Sequence record: PP236086.1
DNA: 64,000 nucleotides
Reading direction: 5' to 3' (one strand)
Origin: Enterobacter phage ZX14
Both the position numbers and the translations under genes were made by a program. Below, piece after piece: positions 27,206-40,306 of the stretch (its first letter is position 1; each line of letters opens with the position of its first letter). A model generated the notes under the pieces. That model was given only the letters and a program-made list of their open reading frames with translations, made no database searches and was not told the origin of the DNA.

Positions 27206-29022
27206 TGAAACAAAATCTTAATGTAGGTAACGTTGTAGACGACGGTACCGGTGATTACCTGAGAAAAGGTGGTCTTAAGCTTAATAATAACTTTGATGAG
27301 TTATATTATCAATTAGGCGATGGCTCATTCCCGCACGCTGCAGGTGCATGGAAAACATATTCCGCTACACAGGGTGCTGTATTAACGGCTAACTTTGGTA
27401 AATCATATGCTTTGAATACTACTAGCGGGCGTATTACCGTAAATCTACCTAAAGGGACTATTGATAACTATAACTATGTTATTCGTCTGAGAGATGTATT
27501 CGGTACATGGCAACGCAACCCAGTTAGAATAGTTCCTGCTGCTGGTGATACCATTAAGGGTTCTCCTAACGCAGTAGAAATTAACAGAAACTTTGCCGAC
27601 CTAGAATTAGTTTATTGCTCACCTGGTCGTTGGGAATATATCAAGAACAAATCAATCGACCGTATTGATAACAATGATATCGCCACAGTAGCAACTCAAG
27701 AATTTATTGCTACACAAGGACAAAGGGATTTCATGAACATCTTTTCTGCTCATGATTACAACCCTACGAACTTGAAAGTTTTCCATCGTGGTAACTTATT
27801 GTTCTACGGTAAAGATAATGTTTTTGATCCTGTTAACGCTGAAGTAGGTTCTCCTGTTCCAGGTAATTCGACTGCACTTCAGGCATATGATGGCAAAAAT
27901 ATAAGACTTCGTAACGCATGTAATGAAGGCGATACTGTTATTGTTGTGTCTTATATGGATGGTTTAGGCCAATGGCGATCTTCATATAACCGTAGACAAG
28001 TCCGTGTTCTTGATTCTAAGTATACAAATAAAACTACTATAAATGGTAGTGTTATTGTTGACGATTTAGAAAATAAAAAAGTTTTTACCATGGCTGAACT
28101 GGGTGTTACTCCAGACCAACCTGTGAACCCTAATGCGGTTGAATTGTCTATAAACTCTGTCCTTCAATACCAGGCAGGTACAGCTGGTTTACCTGTATTC
28201 CGATGTGAAGGTGCCGATACTGAAGACGCAGACGACTGTTATGCTTTAGGTGGCCAATGGGTTGAATCCGCTACTGATTTCCTTTTTGATTCGGGACCGG
28301 ACGGTATTATTGTTGAAGAAGTTAGATTTGATAAACCTTTAGAACACGGTGATATTATCACTTTAGTTTGGTATAACAATAATATCGGAACCACACTAGA
28401 ATTAGAAGAAATTTTATTAGAGACTGATTCTAGATATGTTTCTGGTATGGACACTGTTAACATCACAGGTGATGTTCGTATCACGGATGTTAATAATCCG
28501 TTCTGGCCTAACGTTGAACCAGCTGCTCCTACAGAATTCCAACCAAGTACGGTACCGGCTATTTTCGATTTAGTCTATCCTATTGGAAGTGTTTATGAAA
28601 ATACTGTGAACCCTAATAACCCTTCTACTTATATGGGCTTTGGCCTTTGGAAAAGATTGGAAGGAACTGTTTTAGTAGGTTGGTCTTCATCTCCTGGTAC
28701 TAGGTTTAACCTGAATAATAACCACTTAGATACTACAGGAAAACAGCAAAGTACAGCAGGTGGCACAGGCGGTAATGATGATTTGACTCTTAAAGCAGGT
28801 CAAATTCCTATGCTTAGAACCGACGACAAAGTTCTAGTCGTAGACCCTAATGGTCCTATTGTGGTTGGTGGATGTCAATTTGACCCGGATGCATCAGGTC
28901 CTGCTTATACAAAATATCGTGAAGCTCAAGCTACAATCAATAAAGAAAATATTATTGACCCTGCTAGTATTGATATCATGAACCCATATATAACCGTTTA
29001 TCGTTGGATGAGGGTTGCTTAA
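27205..29022 (+). CDS. 10: gp10 baseplate wedge / short tail fibre attachment
   Basis: 605 aa (T4 602 aa). Confidence 0.8.
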   Translation: MKQNLNVGNVVDDGTGDYLRKGGLKLNNNFDELYYQLGDGSFPHAAGAWKTYSATQGAVLTANFGKSYALNTTSGRITVNLPKGTIDNYNYVIRLRDVFGTWQRNPVRIVPAAGDTIKGSPNAVEINRNFADLELVYCSPGRWEYIKNKSIDRIDNNDIATVATQEFIATQGQRDFMNIFSAHDYNPTNLKVFHRGNLLFYGKDNVFDPVNAEVGSPVPGNSTALQAYDGKNIRLRNACNEGDTVIVVSYMDGLGQWRSSYNRRQVRVLDSKYTNKTTINGSVIVDDLENKKVFTMAELGVTPDQPVNPNAVELSINSVLQYQAGTAGLPVFRCEGADTEDADDCYALGGQWVESATDFLFDSGPDGIIVEEVRFDKPLEHGDIITLVWYNNNIGTTLELEEILLETDSRYVSGMDTVNITGDVRITDVNNPFWPNVEPAAPTEFQPSTVPAIFDLVYPIGSVYENTVNPNNPSTYMGFGLWKRLEGTVLVGWSSSPGTRFNLNNNHLDTTGKQQSTAGGTGGNDDLTLKAGQIPMLRTDDKVLVVDPNGPIVVGGCQFDPDASGPAYTKYREAQATINKENIIDPASIDIMNPYITVYRWMRVA

Positions 29023-29684
29023 TGTTTAGTTTATCACGTTCTAAGGCGGGAGTAATATCTCGCCTTGCCGATTATCTTCAATTTCGGCTAAATCCTAATA
29101 AAACAGATTTTGTAGCAGGACAAAGGGCTGTAGGTGGCCCTTCAGCCTCTCAAACGCAATTAGGTATTTTTTATCCTACTGTCCAGGGTGCAATTGATGA
29201 TTTGGTAGGTCGTTGTGATTTACCTGTAAATACTGTAGTAATTAACACAGACGGACTTCCGCCTGGCTTTACTAATCAAACAGACCAACTTAAATTTAGT
29301 GGTATTGTTCAAGGCCCGACCGGTTCAGAACAAATGATTTATGTTTTAGGCTTCCCAGTTAAAGTCGCTGAAGGTGATACTGATATATCAGTAGCAGCTA
29401 AAGCACATGCTGTCTTAACCGATGCTGTTGTTAATTCTATTGCGATTTCATCTGTAGAAATAGATAGTACTGACTCTACAGTATTAAATATTACATATAA
29501 TGATTATCAGACACATATTTACCAGCCAGTGCCTCAATACGGTATTTCAATAACTCAAACTATTGTAGTAGAAGGTAAAGCCGGATACGGTAACTGGGCT
29601 AGAATGGGTACTGTGGACCAAACTTTGACCGGTGGCGAAGTTGATGGTAATATTACTTTGTATTATTTTAGAAGAGAATCATAA
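29004..29684 (+). CDS. 11: gp11 baseplate wedge / short tail fibre attachment
   Basis: 226 aa (T4 219 aa). Confidence 0.75.
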   Translation: MDEGCLMFSLSRSKAGVISRLADYLQFRLNPNKTDFVAGQRAVGGPSASQTQLGIFYPTVQGAIDDLVGRCDLPVNTVVINTDGLPPGFTNQTDQLKFSGIVQGPTGSEQMIYVLGFPVKVAEGDTDISVAAKAHAVLTDAVVNSIAISSVEIDSTDSTVLNITYNDYQTHIYQPVPQYGISITQTIVVEGKAGYGNWARMGTVDQTLTGGEVDGNITLYYFRRES

Positions 29685-31258
29685 TGACTACTAATACAAT
29701 ACGTCACGTCAGTGACGAATCAGTATACAAAATTTTTAAACCCGCAGGAACCGCATTTCCTTCTAATATCACAAACGTTCAGGCTGCCTTAGCAGCCTTG
29801 AACCCTATTGCGATTAATGGCATCCCTAATGCAACACAAACTGTTGTAGGGATAAGTCGATTTGCGTCTCAGGCGGAGGTAGATAGCGGCACTCTTAACA
29901 ACGTTAGTGTTTCTCCAGCAACATTAAAGTCCGCCATCCTGCGTCCACCTGCAACGACTACAGTAGCGGGTCTTACTAGATATGCTACTACTTCGGAAGC
30001 CTTAGCAGGAACAGTAGGTGATGCTGCGGTGGTTCCTACAGGACTTAAAGCTTCTGTTGATGCAGCAAAAACACAAATTCTTTCTACCCAAGCCACTGAA
30101 CTAGTTATGGGTCTGGCTAAAATATCTACACAAGCTGCTGCTTTAGCAGGTGCAGATGATTTAACTATAATGACCCCTAAAAAAGTTGCGCTAGCTATTG
30201 GTAAAGCTATTGCGACCGTTCCGTCATATTCTAACGCGTCTGAAACAAATTATGGCTTAGTTAGAATGGCTACTGCCGGTGAAGTTCAGGCAGGTAACGT
30301 TGGTAACGCGGTTGCAATATCCCCAGCAAATTTAAAAACTTTAATTTCTACTACTTCGAGAAATGGTTTAATTTCTATTGCTTCTGGTGCTGAAGTCGCT
30401 GCTGGTACTAATAATACCAAAGCTATTACTCCAGCTGCATTATTATCTAGAACAGGTAATGAAAGTAGAACAGGTCTTCTTAAAACAACTCGAACTGTTG
30501 GTTCAGGTGATGGAAGCACTGCATTAGCGTATAATGCGAATGTTATTTCAACCCAAGGCAACCAATCTATTAATGGTGGATTGACTCTTACGGGTCTTCA
30601 GATTAATGGGCAGGCTAATATAACATCAAATACGACAATTGGCGGTAATTTAACTGTATCAGGCGGGATTACTTCTAGAGGACAACAAGTTGTTACTATC
30701 GATATGATAGGTGACGACGTTCCTGTAGGTGTTATTGTTATGTGGATTGGTGCTGCAAATAAGGTCCCAGCCAAATGGCGTATTTGTGATGGTGGATATA
30801 CTTATTCTGCATCTTCAAACCCGGCTCTGTGGAATGTTTTACCTACCGGGCGTGTTCCTGATATGAGGGGTTTATTTGTTCGTGGTGCTGGTGTTGGCGC
30901 TGATATTCTTAATGCCCGATCGCCTGATAGTAAAGGTAAACCAGGTCTTGGTGTAGGTTGTGGTGCTGGTGCGGTTGGTACAGTTCAAGCTCAAGCTGTT
31001 AAGAAACACAAACACAACAGTGGATGGGGTGAACATAATAGAAAATCCGACGCATATTTCGGTTCTACTATGATAAACGGTAAACGTGGTAGTAATAGAA
31101 CAGATAGTGATAACTGGCTGTATTTCACTAATGACGGCGAAGAGACTGAACCGGAAAATATCCGAGATTCATTCGGAACAATGAACCCTAAAGACCTTAT
31201 GCAAGACGAAAACCGTCCTTGGAACATCGCAGTATATTATATCATCAAAATCCAATAA
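29684..31258 (+). CDS. 12: gp12 short tail fibre
   Basis: 524 aa (T4 527 aa). Ala/Thr-rich repeats and a C-terminal receptor-binding domain with CDGG and HKHN motifs. Confidence 0.8.
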   Translation: MTTNTIRHVSDESVYKIFKPAGTAFPSNITNVQAALAALNPIAINGIPNATQTVVGISRFASQAEVDSGTLNNVSVSPATLKSAILRPPATTTVAGLTRYATTSEALAGTVGDAAVVPTGLKASVDAAKTQILSTQATELVMGLAKISTQAAALAGADDLTIMTPKKVALAIGKAIATVPSYSNASETNYGLVRMATAGEVQAGNVGNAVAISPANLKTLISTTSRNGLISIASGAEVAAGTNNTKAITPAALLSRTGNESRTGLLKTTRTVGSGDGSTALAYNANVISTQGNQSINGGLTLTGLQINGQANITSNTTIGGNLTVSGGITSRGQQVVTIDMIGDDVPVGVIVMWIGAANKVPAKWRICDGGYTYSASSNPALWNVLPTGRVPDMRGLFVRGAGVGADILNARSPDSKGKPGLGVGCGAGAVGTVQAQAVKKHKHNSGWGEHNRKSDAYFGSTMINGKRGSNRTDSDNWLYFTNDGEETEPENIRDSFGTMNPKDLMQDENRPWNIAVYYIIKIQ

Positions 31259-31267
31259 GGAATTAAA

Positions 31268-32635
31268 ATGATCGAACATTTGGAATTAAAAAATCTTCCA
31301 TATGTCGATGGCTATCCTGAAGCAGACCAGAAGCGCATCCCATGGGTGCGCAATGGCGAATGTTTAGACGGTGCTACGACAAAATATGGTAATGATGGCA
31401 CATTGAATGGCGCGCCGTTAGGAATTCAGCGAAACGTTGAAAGGCTTGAAGAAAACTCTGAACTTACTAAAGATGCTTTAAATGTAGTTATTGACAATGT
31501 TAATAACATTAATGAAGCCTTAGAAGCGGGTTCTGATGTAAGTATCATCCAACAGGTTTCTAAAAACAAAGAAAATATAGAAATTCTTCAGGTCCATATG
31601 CAATTTGCTGAAGATAATATTGGAGACCTTTATACCGACACCGAATTCCTTAAAGAAGATTTAGGTGTTTATGACCCAGCGCTTGACGGATATTATCGTC
31701 CTGTTCGTGACGATATTGTATTCCTGAAAAAAGAAATTGGTCAATACCCAGACCAGGATATAAACGGTCAGTCTAAACCAGGTGCAGAAGCAACTGGTAT
31801 GAAGCGTCGCATTATTAACAATAGCTCGGCTATTGTTTCTCATGCTATCAGAATTAAAACTTTAGAGGATAATTACACCGATTCTGACGTAGGTTCATTA
31901 AGTATTAAAATTAATGAGCTGCGCTCTGAATTAGGCCCTAGAGCAAGTTCTATCGGTAAGCCTGACGTTTATACTCGCCTTGATTCTTTAGATTCCATTA
32001 CTGATATTTCCAAAGAATCTATTGACGAAATTAAAGAAGCTATCGGTTTAGGTAGCGGCGCTTCTATTAACACCAGGATGAGTTCTGCTGAATCTAGACT
32101 AAATGCTATTGATGTTAATCTGAATACTCCTATTACAGGATTAAACCCTAAGGTTGCTAGCATAGAAAGCGCTATCGGTACTTCTTCAGAAGCGTCTACT
32201 ATAAACGGTAGATTGTACAGATTAAGAGAAGATCATAATGCTTTAGCCGCTATTGTTGGGAATGATTCAAGCTCAGGTCTTCGTGGACAGGTTGCATGGA
32301 TGTCTGAAACAATTGGCACATCTGTCAATCCGGCTCCTACAAGTATTCAAGGTCGGCTGACTTCAGTCACCACTATGGCTACTTCTTCTGCTTCCGATAT
32401 CCAAGATATCCAAGTCGAAATCGGTACAAACCAAACTGGTTTAAAAGGTTCTGTTCTGACGTTAACACGACAAATGAATGGTACAAACCCTAATGGGAAT
32501 ACTGTTGAAGAACGTGGTGTAGTTAATAGTGTTAAACAATTAGAAACCAATAAGATTTCTGATGCTCCTAGAGATGGCCAGGCTTACGTCCGTGTAGACG
32601 GTGCTTGGGTTCTTTTAAGTACATTCTTATCGTAA
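31268..32635 (+). CDS. wac: fibritin (whisker) Wac
   Basis: 455 aa coiled-coil protein ending in a foldon-like [27 protein letters not shown]-type C-terminus ([22 protein letters not shown]). Confidence 0.85.
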   Translation: [455 protein letters not shown]

Positions 32636-32637
32636 TA

Positions 32638-32657
32638 AAGGGCTTCGGCCCTTTTTT
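32638..32657 (+). terminator. intrinsic terminator after wac
   Basis: AAGGGC-UUCG-GCCCUU followed by UUUU. Confidence 0.7.
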
Positions 32658-32660
32658 GGC

Positions 32661-32668
32661 ATAAATAC
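32661..32668 (+). promoter_or_regulatory. late promoter variant CATAAATA (gene 13)
   Basis: One-mismatch late box after the wac terminator. Confidence 0.4.
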
Positions 32669-32692
32669 TTATATCTAATATGAGGACATCTT

Positions 32693-33619
32693 ATGGCTAC
32701 AGAATCTTATAACCCTAAACAACTCAAGGATTCGATCCTTAGACGTTTAGGTGCACCAATTATTAATATTGAAGTTACTACTGATCAAGTGTACGATTCA
32801 ATCCAGCGCGCCCTGGAGCTTTATGGCGAATATCATTATGATGGATTTAACAAAAACTATTTTGCGTTCCATATCGGTGAAGAACAACTTGCACGTGATT
32901 TAGTATTTGACCTTTCAGGGCGTGGCGTATTTGCTGTGACCCAGATTGTTCGAACTAACGTTGGTTCTTTAACATCGATGGACGGGCAGGCTACTTATCC
33001 GTGGTTCACTGACTTTGTTCTTGGCTTAGCCGGTATTAATGGTGGTATGGGCTCGAGTTGTAATACGTTTGGACCTAATGCTTTCGGCGCGGACCTTTCT
33101 TATTTTACCCAGCTTATGCAATACCGTTCTATGATGCAGGATATCATGGTTCCACTTCCTGATTATTGGTATAACGATGACACTGAAATGCTTAAAGTAA
33201 TGGGCAACCTTCGTAAAGGCGACCTGTTAATTGTCGAAGTATATACTCAAAGTTTTATTGGTGTAGATGGGATGGCAGTAGGTCAGGCCGGTGTTGGATA
33301 TGCTCAATCTTGTTCTACGGACCCTTGGTCTTTACAAGACAAATATGAAGCTCCTTGGAGAACAACCGGCCCAGCTCGTGCTGGTGAATCTACTGCTCCT
33401 AGACAAGGCGCATATAACAACCGTTGGGTTAAAGATTATGCTACTGCATTAACAAAAGAAGTTTGGGGTAACGTTCTCGCTAAACACCAAGGAATGCAGA
33501 TGCCAGGTGGTGTAACTGTAGACGGTATGCGTTTAATCGAAGAAGCTCGACTTGAAAAAGAACGTCTCCGTGAAGAACTCGATTTACTTGACCCACCTTT
33601 CGGTATTTTGGTAGGATAA
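32693..33619 (+). CDS. 13: gp13 neck protein
   Basis: 308 aa (T4 309 aa). Confidence 0.75.
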   Translation: MATESYNPKQLKDSILRRLGAPIINIEVTTDQVYDSIQRALELYGEYHYDGFNKNYFAFHIGEEQLARDLVFDLSGRGVFAVTQIVRTNVGSLTSMDGQATYPWFTDFVLGLAGINGGMGSSCNTFGPNAFGADLSYFTQLMQYRSMMQDIMVPLPDYWYNDDTEMLKVMGNLRKGDLLIVEVYTQSFIGVDGMAVGQAGVGYAQSCSTDPWSLQDKYEAPWRTTGPARAGESTAPRQGAYNNRWVKDYATALTKEVWGNVLAKHQGMQMPGGVTVDGMRLIEEARLEKERLREELDLLDPPFGILVG

Positions 33620-33620
33620 T

Positions 33621-34397
33621 ATGGCAACTTTCGATTCAAGTTTATTTGCAAAGCTCGAGAATAACACGGGCTATAATAACACGAACGAAACTGAAATATT
33701 AAACCCGTATGTAAACTGGAATCACTATTCTAATGTCCAAACGTTAGCTGATTCTATTGTGGCTGAATCCGTTCAGATGCGTGGTATTGAACTTTATTAT
33801 ATCCCACGTCAATATGTCAAACCAGATATTATCTTTGGTGAAGACCCACGGTCTAAGTTTGATAAAGCCTGGAAATTTGCAGGATATTTGAATAGCTTTG
33901 ACGGTTACAGCGGTGACAATACTTATTACAGTAAGTTCGGTATGATGGTTAATGATGAGGTTGAAATCACTATTAACCCAAATCTCTTTAAACACCAAGT
34001 GAACAATAAAGAACCACAATCTGGTGATTTGATTTATTTCCCTATGGACAACAGTCTATTTGAAATAAATTGGGTTCAACCTTATGACCCGTTCTATCAG
34101 GTCGGTCAGAACGCAATGCGTAAACTTACAGCAACTAAGTTTGTTTACTCTGGCGAGGAAATTAAACCATCACTTCAAAGAAATGAAGGGATTAATATTC
34201 CTGAATTCAGTGAACTTGATTTAATGCCGGTTCATAATATTGATGGATTGGCCGATACCAATATCGAGCAATATGCGGAGTCTAATGCATTTAATGAAGA
34301 AGCCGCTGAATTCGTCGAACCTTATGTAGTTATTAACGGTAAAGGTGATATGGCTCCTCCTAAGAGCTCTCCTTTTGATGATGATTTTATGTCATAA
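33621..34397 (+). CDS. 14: gp14 neck protein
   Basis: 258 aa (T4 256 aa). Confidence 0.75.
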   Translation: MATFDSSLFAKLENNTGYNNTNETEILNPYVNWNHYSNVQTLADSIVAESVQMRGIELYYIPRQYVKPDIIFGEDPRSKFDKAWKFAGYLNSFDGYSGDNTYYSKFGMMVNDEVEITINPNLFKHQVNNKEPQSGDLIYFPMDNSLFEINWVQPYDPFYQVGQNAMRKLTATKFVYSGEEIKPSLQRNEGINIPEFSELDLMPVHNIDGLADTNIEQYAESNAFNEEAAEFVEPYVVINGKGDMAPPKSSPFDDDFMS

Positions 34398-34451
34398 ATA
34401 AAGCATATAATACCCCGGCTCCGGCCGGGAATAACTCACTGGAGGTGAACT

Positions 34452-35317
34452 TTGTTTGGTCATTGGTACAATTCATCTCTTCGTCGTTACATTGTTCTAA
34501 TGGGTGACCTTTTTTCCCACGTTCAAATACAACGTATGCGCGAAGATACTGGGATGAAATATATTAAGGTCCCTATTACATACGCATCTAAAGAACACTT
34601 TATGATGCAGCTTGGCAAAATAAACGCCATTCAAAATATTCCTTCGCCTGATATGTCTCCTGAAGAAAGAGCTGCTCAGATTGCGAAGATTGAAACCATT
34701 CTACCTCGTATGAACCTTCATTTGGTTGATATGATGTACAACGCACAGTATAAAACAGCCCTTCAAAACAGGTCGATGGCCCAATATAGGGATAATGACC
34801 CTAGAAAAGCAATAAGCCAATTCAGTCCTGTTCCTATGAAAATGATTTTTGAATTAGGCCTTTATACTAGAAACCAAGATGATATGTTTCAAATCATCGA
34901 ACAGATTATGCCGTATTTCCAGCCACATTTTAATACGACAATAACTGAACTTTATACTAACGAAATCAAATTTGAACGTGATATCAGAATTGTATTCCAA
35001 TCGTTAGCGATGGACGAAGTAATTGAAGGTGATGCCGCATCTAAGCGTCGTCTTGAATGGTCTATCATGTTTGAAGTAAATGGCTGGCTTTATCCTCCTG
35101 TTTCTAATTTAGAAGGTGAGATTAAAACAGTTTATCTGGACTTCTTTGCTAATAGCAGAGAATTAAAACCAGAAGGTAATTTTGAATCAGTGGACTCTGA
35201 AGTTGTCCCTCGTGACGTAGAACAAAGCGAGTGGGACGGCGAATTAATACAGACATATGATTCATCAGGTAAACCTATTCCGGTCGCCCCTGAGCCACCA
35301 GGACCACGAGGTACATA

Positions 35318-35318
<1 letters not shown>
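34452..35318 (+). CDS. 15: gp15 tail sheath stabiliser / tail completion
   Basis: 288 aa with a TTG start after a GGAGGTG SD (T4 272 aa). Confidence 0.7.
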
Positions 35319-37638
<2,320 letters not shown>

Positions 37639-37667
37639 AGATAAAGCAAACTATTTGAGGAATTAAA

Positions 37668-39647
37668 ATGGCTTTATTATCTCCGGGCGTAGAGCTCAAA
37701 GAAACCAGTGTACAGAGCACTGTGGTTCGTAATGCTACGGGTCGTGCTGCTCTGGTTGGTAAATTCCAGTGGGGTCCTGCATTCCAGGTTGTACAAGTTA
37801 CTAACGAAGTAGAACTTGTTGATATGTTTGGTGGTCCTACTAATGAAGTTGCCGATTATTTCATGTCTGGCATGAACTTCCTTCAGTATGGTAATGACCT
37901 TCGTACTGTTCGTGTTGTTAACCGTGACGTTGCTAAAAACGCATCACCAGTAGCAGGGAATATTGAAACAACCATTCTCACTGCTGGTAGTAACTATAAA
38001 GTTGGCGATGCCATTCGCGTCAAATATCTCCAGACCGTTATCGAAGAAGATGGTAAAGTAACAAAAGTAGATACTGATGGTAAAATTCAGGCAGTGTTCA
38101 TTCCATCTGGCAAGATTATCGCTCATGCGAAATCTGTTGGCCAATATCCAGCATTAGGTTCTGCATGGACTGCTGAAATTACTTCTTCAAGTTCTGGTGT
38201 TTCTGGTACTATTTCTATCGGTAAAATCGTAACTGATTCCGGTATTCTGTTGACCGAAGCTGAATCCGCCGAATCAGAAATTACTTCTTTAGATTTCCAG
38301 GAATCTCTGGCTAAATATGCAATGCCTGGTGTTGTAGCTCTTTATCCAGGCGAAATCGGTTCTACTATTGAAGTCGAAATTGTTTCTTATGCCGATTTCC
38401 AAAAAGGTAATGCTCTGCAATTGCCTATTTACCCTACTGGTGGTACTCGTGCTTCTGTAGCCAAGGCTATTTTCAACTACGGCCCACAGACCGAAAACCA
38501 GTACGCTATTATTGTTCGTCGTGAAGGCGCAGTAGTAGAGAACGTTATTCTGTCCACTAAGCGTGGCGAAAAAGACGTTTATGGTAATAACATCTTTATG
38601 GATGATTATTTCGCTAAGGGTACTTCAAACTACATCTTTGCAACTTCTCTGAACTGGCCTGCTGGTTTCAGTGGTGTTATTCAGATGCAGGGTGGTGTTT
38701 CTGCAAACGATCAAGTTACCGCTGGTGACCTGATGCAAGGTTGGGATTTGTTCGCTGACCGTGAAGCTCTTCATATTAACCTGCTGATTGCTGGTGCTTG
38801 TGCCGGTGAAGGTGATGCAGTTGCTTCTACCGTTCAGAAACACGTTGTAAGTATTGCCGACGAACGTCAGGATTGCTTGGCATTTATTTCTCCACCTAAA
38901 GGTCTGTTGGTTAATGTTCCACTGGCTCGTGCAGTAGATAATTTAATCGATTGGCGTGGCGGTACCGGTTCATTTGATACCGACAACATGAATATCAGCT
39001 CTACTTATGCTGCTATTGATGGAAACTATAAATACCAGTACGACAAATATAACGATGTAAACCGTTGGGTTCCATTAGCTGCTGATATGGCAGGCTTGTG
39101 TGCTCGTACCGATGATGTTTCTCAGCCTTGGATGTCTCCGGCCGGTTATAACCGTGGTCAGATTCTGAACGTCATTAAATTGGCTATTGAACCACGTCAA
39201 ACTCAGCGTGACCGTATGTACCAGGATGCTATTAACCCAGTTGTTGGTTTTGCTGGTGGTGATGGCTTCGTTCTGTTCGGCGATAAGACTGCAACCAAAG
39301 TCCCAAGCCCAATGGACCATATCAACGTACGTCGTCTGATGAACATGCTGAAGAAAAATATCGGCGATGCTTCTAAATACAAACTGTTCGAGTTGAACGA
39401 CAACTTCACTCGCTCTAGCTTCCGTATGGAAACTTCACAGTACTTAGAAGGTATTCGTGCTCTTGGCGGTATTTACGAAGGTCGTGTAGTTTGTGACACC
39501 ACGAACAACACCCCATCCGTTATTGACCGTAACGAGTTCGTGGCTAGCATTTATGTTAAGCCAGCGCGCAGCATCAACTATATCACTCTGAACTTCGTAG
39601 CTACATCTACCGGTGCTAACTTCGATGAACTGATTGGTCCAGCCTAA
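37668..39647 (+). CDS. 18: gp18 tail sheath protein
   Basis: 659 aa, identical in length to T4 gp18. Starts MALLSPGVELKE... Confidence 0.9.
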   Translation: MALLSPGVELKETSVQSTVVRNATGRAALVGKFQWGPAFQVVQVTNEVELVDMFGGPTNEVADYFMSGMNFLQYGNDLRTVRVVNRDVAKNASPVAGNIETTILTAGSNYKVGDAIRVKYLQTVIEEDGKVTKVDTDGKIQAVFIPSGKIIAHAKSVGQYPALGSAWTAEITSSSSGVSGTISIGKIVTDSGILLTEAESAESEITSLDFQESLAKYAMPGVVALYPGEIGSTIEVEIVSYADFQKGNALQLPIYPTGGTRASVAKAIFNYGPQTENQYAIIVRREGAVVENVILSTKRGEKDVYGNNIFMDDYFAKGTSNYIFATSLNWPAGFSGVIQMQGGVSANDQVTAGDLMQGWDLFADREALHINLLIAGACAGEGDAVASTVQKHVVSIADERQDCLAFISPPKGLLVNVPLARAVDNLIDWRGGTGSFDTDNMNISSTYAAIDGNYKYQYDKYNDVNRWVPLAADMAGLCARTDDVSQPWMSPAGYNRGQILNVIKLAIEPRQTQRDRMYQDAINPVVGFAGGDGFVLFGDKTATKVPSPMDHINVRRLMNMLKKNIGDASKYKLFELNDNFTRSSFRMETSQYLEGIRALGGIYEGRVVCDTTNNTPSVIDRNEFVASIYVKPARSINYITLNFVATSTGANFDELIGPA

Positions 39648-39730
39648 TAAACGCCAGGGCTCTTTAATTAGGGCCCTGATAAATCTATTGGTTGTTGAAT
39701 TTAAATCAATCAGGCGCCGCCTGGCAACGT

Positions 39731-39738
39731 ATAAATAT
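39731..39738 (+). promoter_or_regulatory. late promoter TATAAATA (gene 19)
   Basis: Exact consensus 17 nt upstream of the gp19 ATG. Confidence 0.6.
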
Positions 39739-39754
39739 ACAAAGAGAGACTACA

Positions 39755-40246
39755 ATGGAATTAACAGATATCACTCGCGCGTTCGAGTCAGGTGACTTTG
39801 CTCGCCCTAACTTGTTCGAAGTCGAAATTCCTTTCCTTGGTAAAAACTTCAGCTTCAAATGTAAAGCTGCTCCAATGCCTGCTGGTATTGTGGAAAAGGT
39901 TCCGGTCGGTTATATGAACCGTAAGATTAACGTCGCTGGTGACCGTACATTTGATGATTGGACTATTACCATTTACAACGATGATGCTCATGACACTCGT
40001 CAGGCTATTGTTGATTGGCAGAACCTTTGCCATGGTATGACTAATGAAATTTCTGGTGCAGCTCCGGCCGATTATAAAAAGACGGCTATTGTTCGTCAAT
40101 TCCATCGTGACGGTAAGCGTGTAACTAAAGAAATTACTATCACCGGTTTATGGCCTACTAATATTGGCGAAGTCCAGATGGATTGGGATTCCAACAACGA
40201 GGTAGAGACATTCGAGGCGACTTTCGCAATCGACTGGTGGGAATAA
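39755..40246 (+). CDS. 19: gp19 tail tube protein
   Basis: 163 aa from the ATG at 39755 (T4 163 aa). A TATAAATA late promoter sits at 39731. The ORF track's upstream extension is not used. Confidence 0.85.
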   Translation: MELTDITRAFESGDFARPNLFEVEIPFLGKNFSFKCKAAPMPAGIVEKVPVGYMNRKINVAGDRTFDDWTITIYNDDAHDTRQAIVDWQNLCHGMTNEISGAAPADYKKTAIVRQFHRDGKRVTKEITITGLWPTNIGEVQMDWDSNNEVETFEATFAIDWWE

Positions 40247-40267
40247 GGTAATAAATAGATATATCAA

Positions 40268-40285
40268 GGAGCTTCGGCTCCTTTT
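40268..40285 (+). terminator. intrinsic terminator after gene 19
   Basis: GGAGC-UUCG-GCUCC followed by UUUU. Confidence 0.65.
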
Positions 40286-40306
40286 CCCAAAACTTCGGAG
40301 ACTCTA

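Noticed and set aside
39692-39754. N-terminal extension of the gene 19 ORF (start at 39692)
   Set aside because: The TATAAATA late promoter at 39731 lies inside the extension. The ATG at 39755 gives exactly the T4 gp19 length and alignment.
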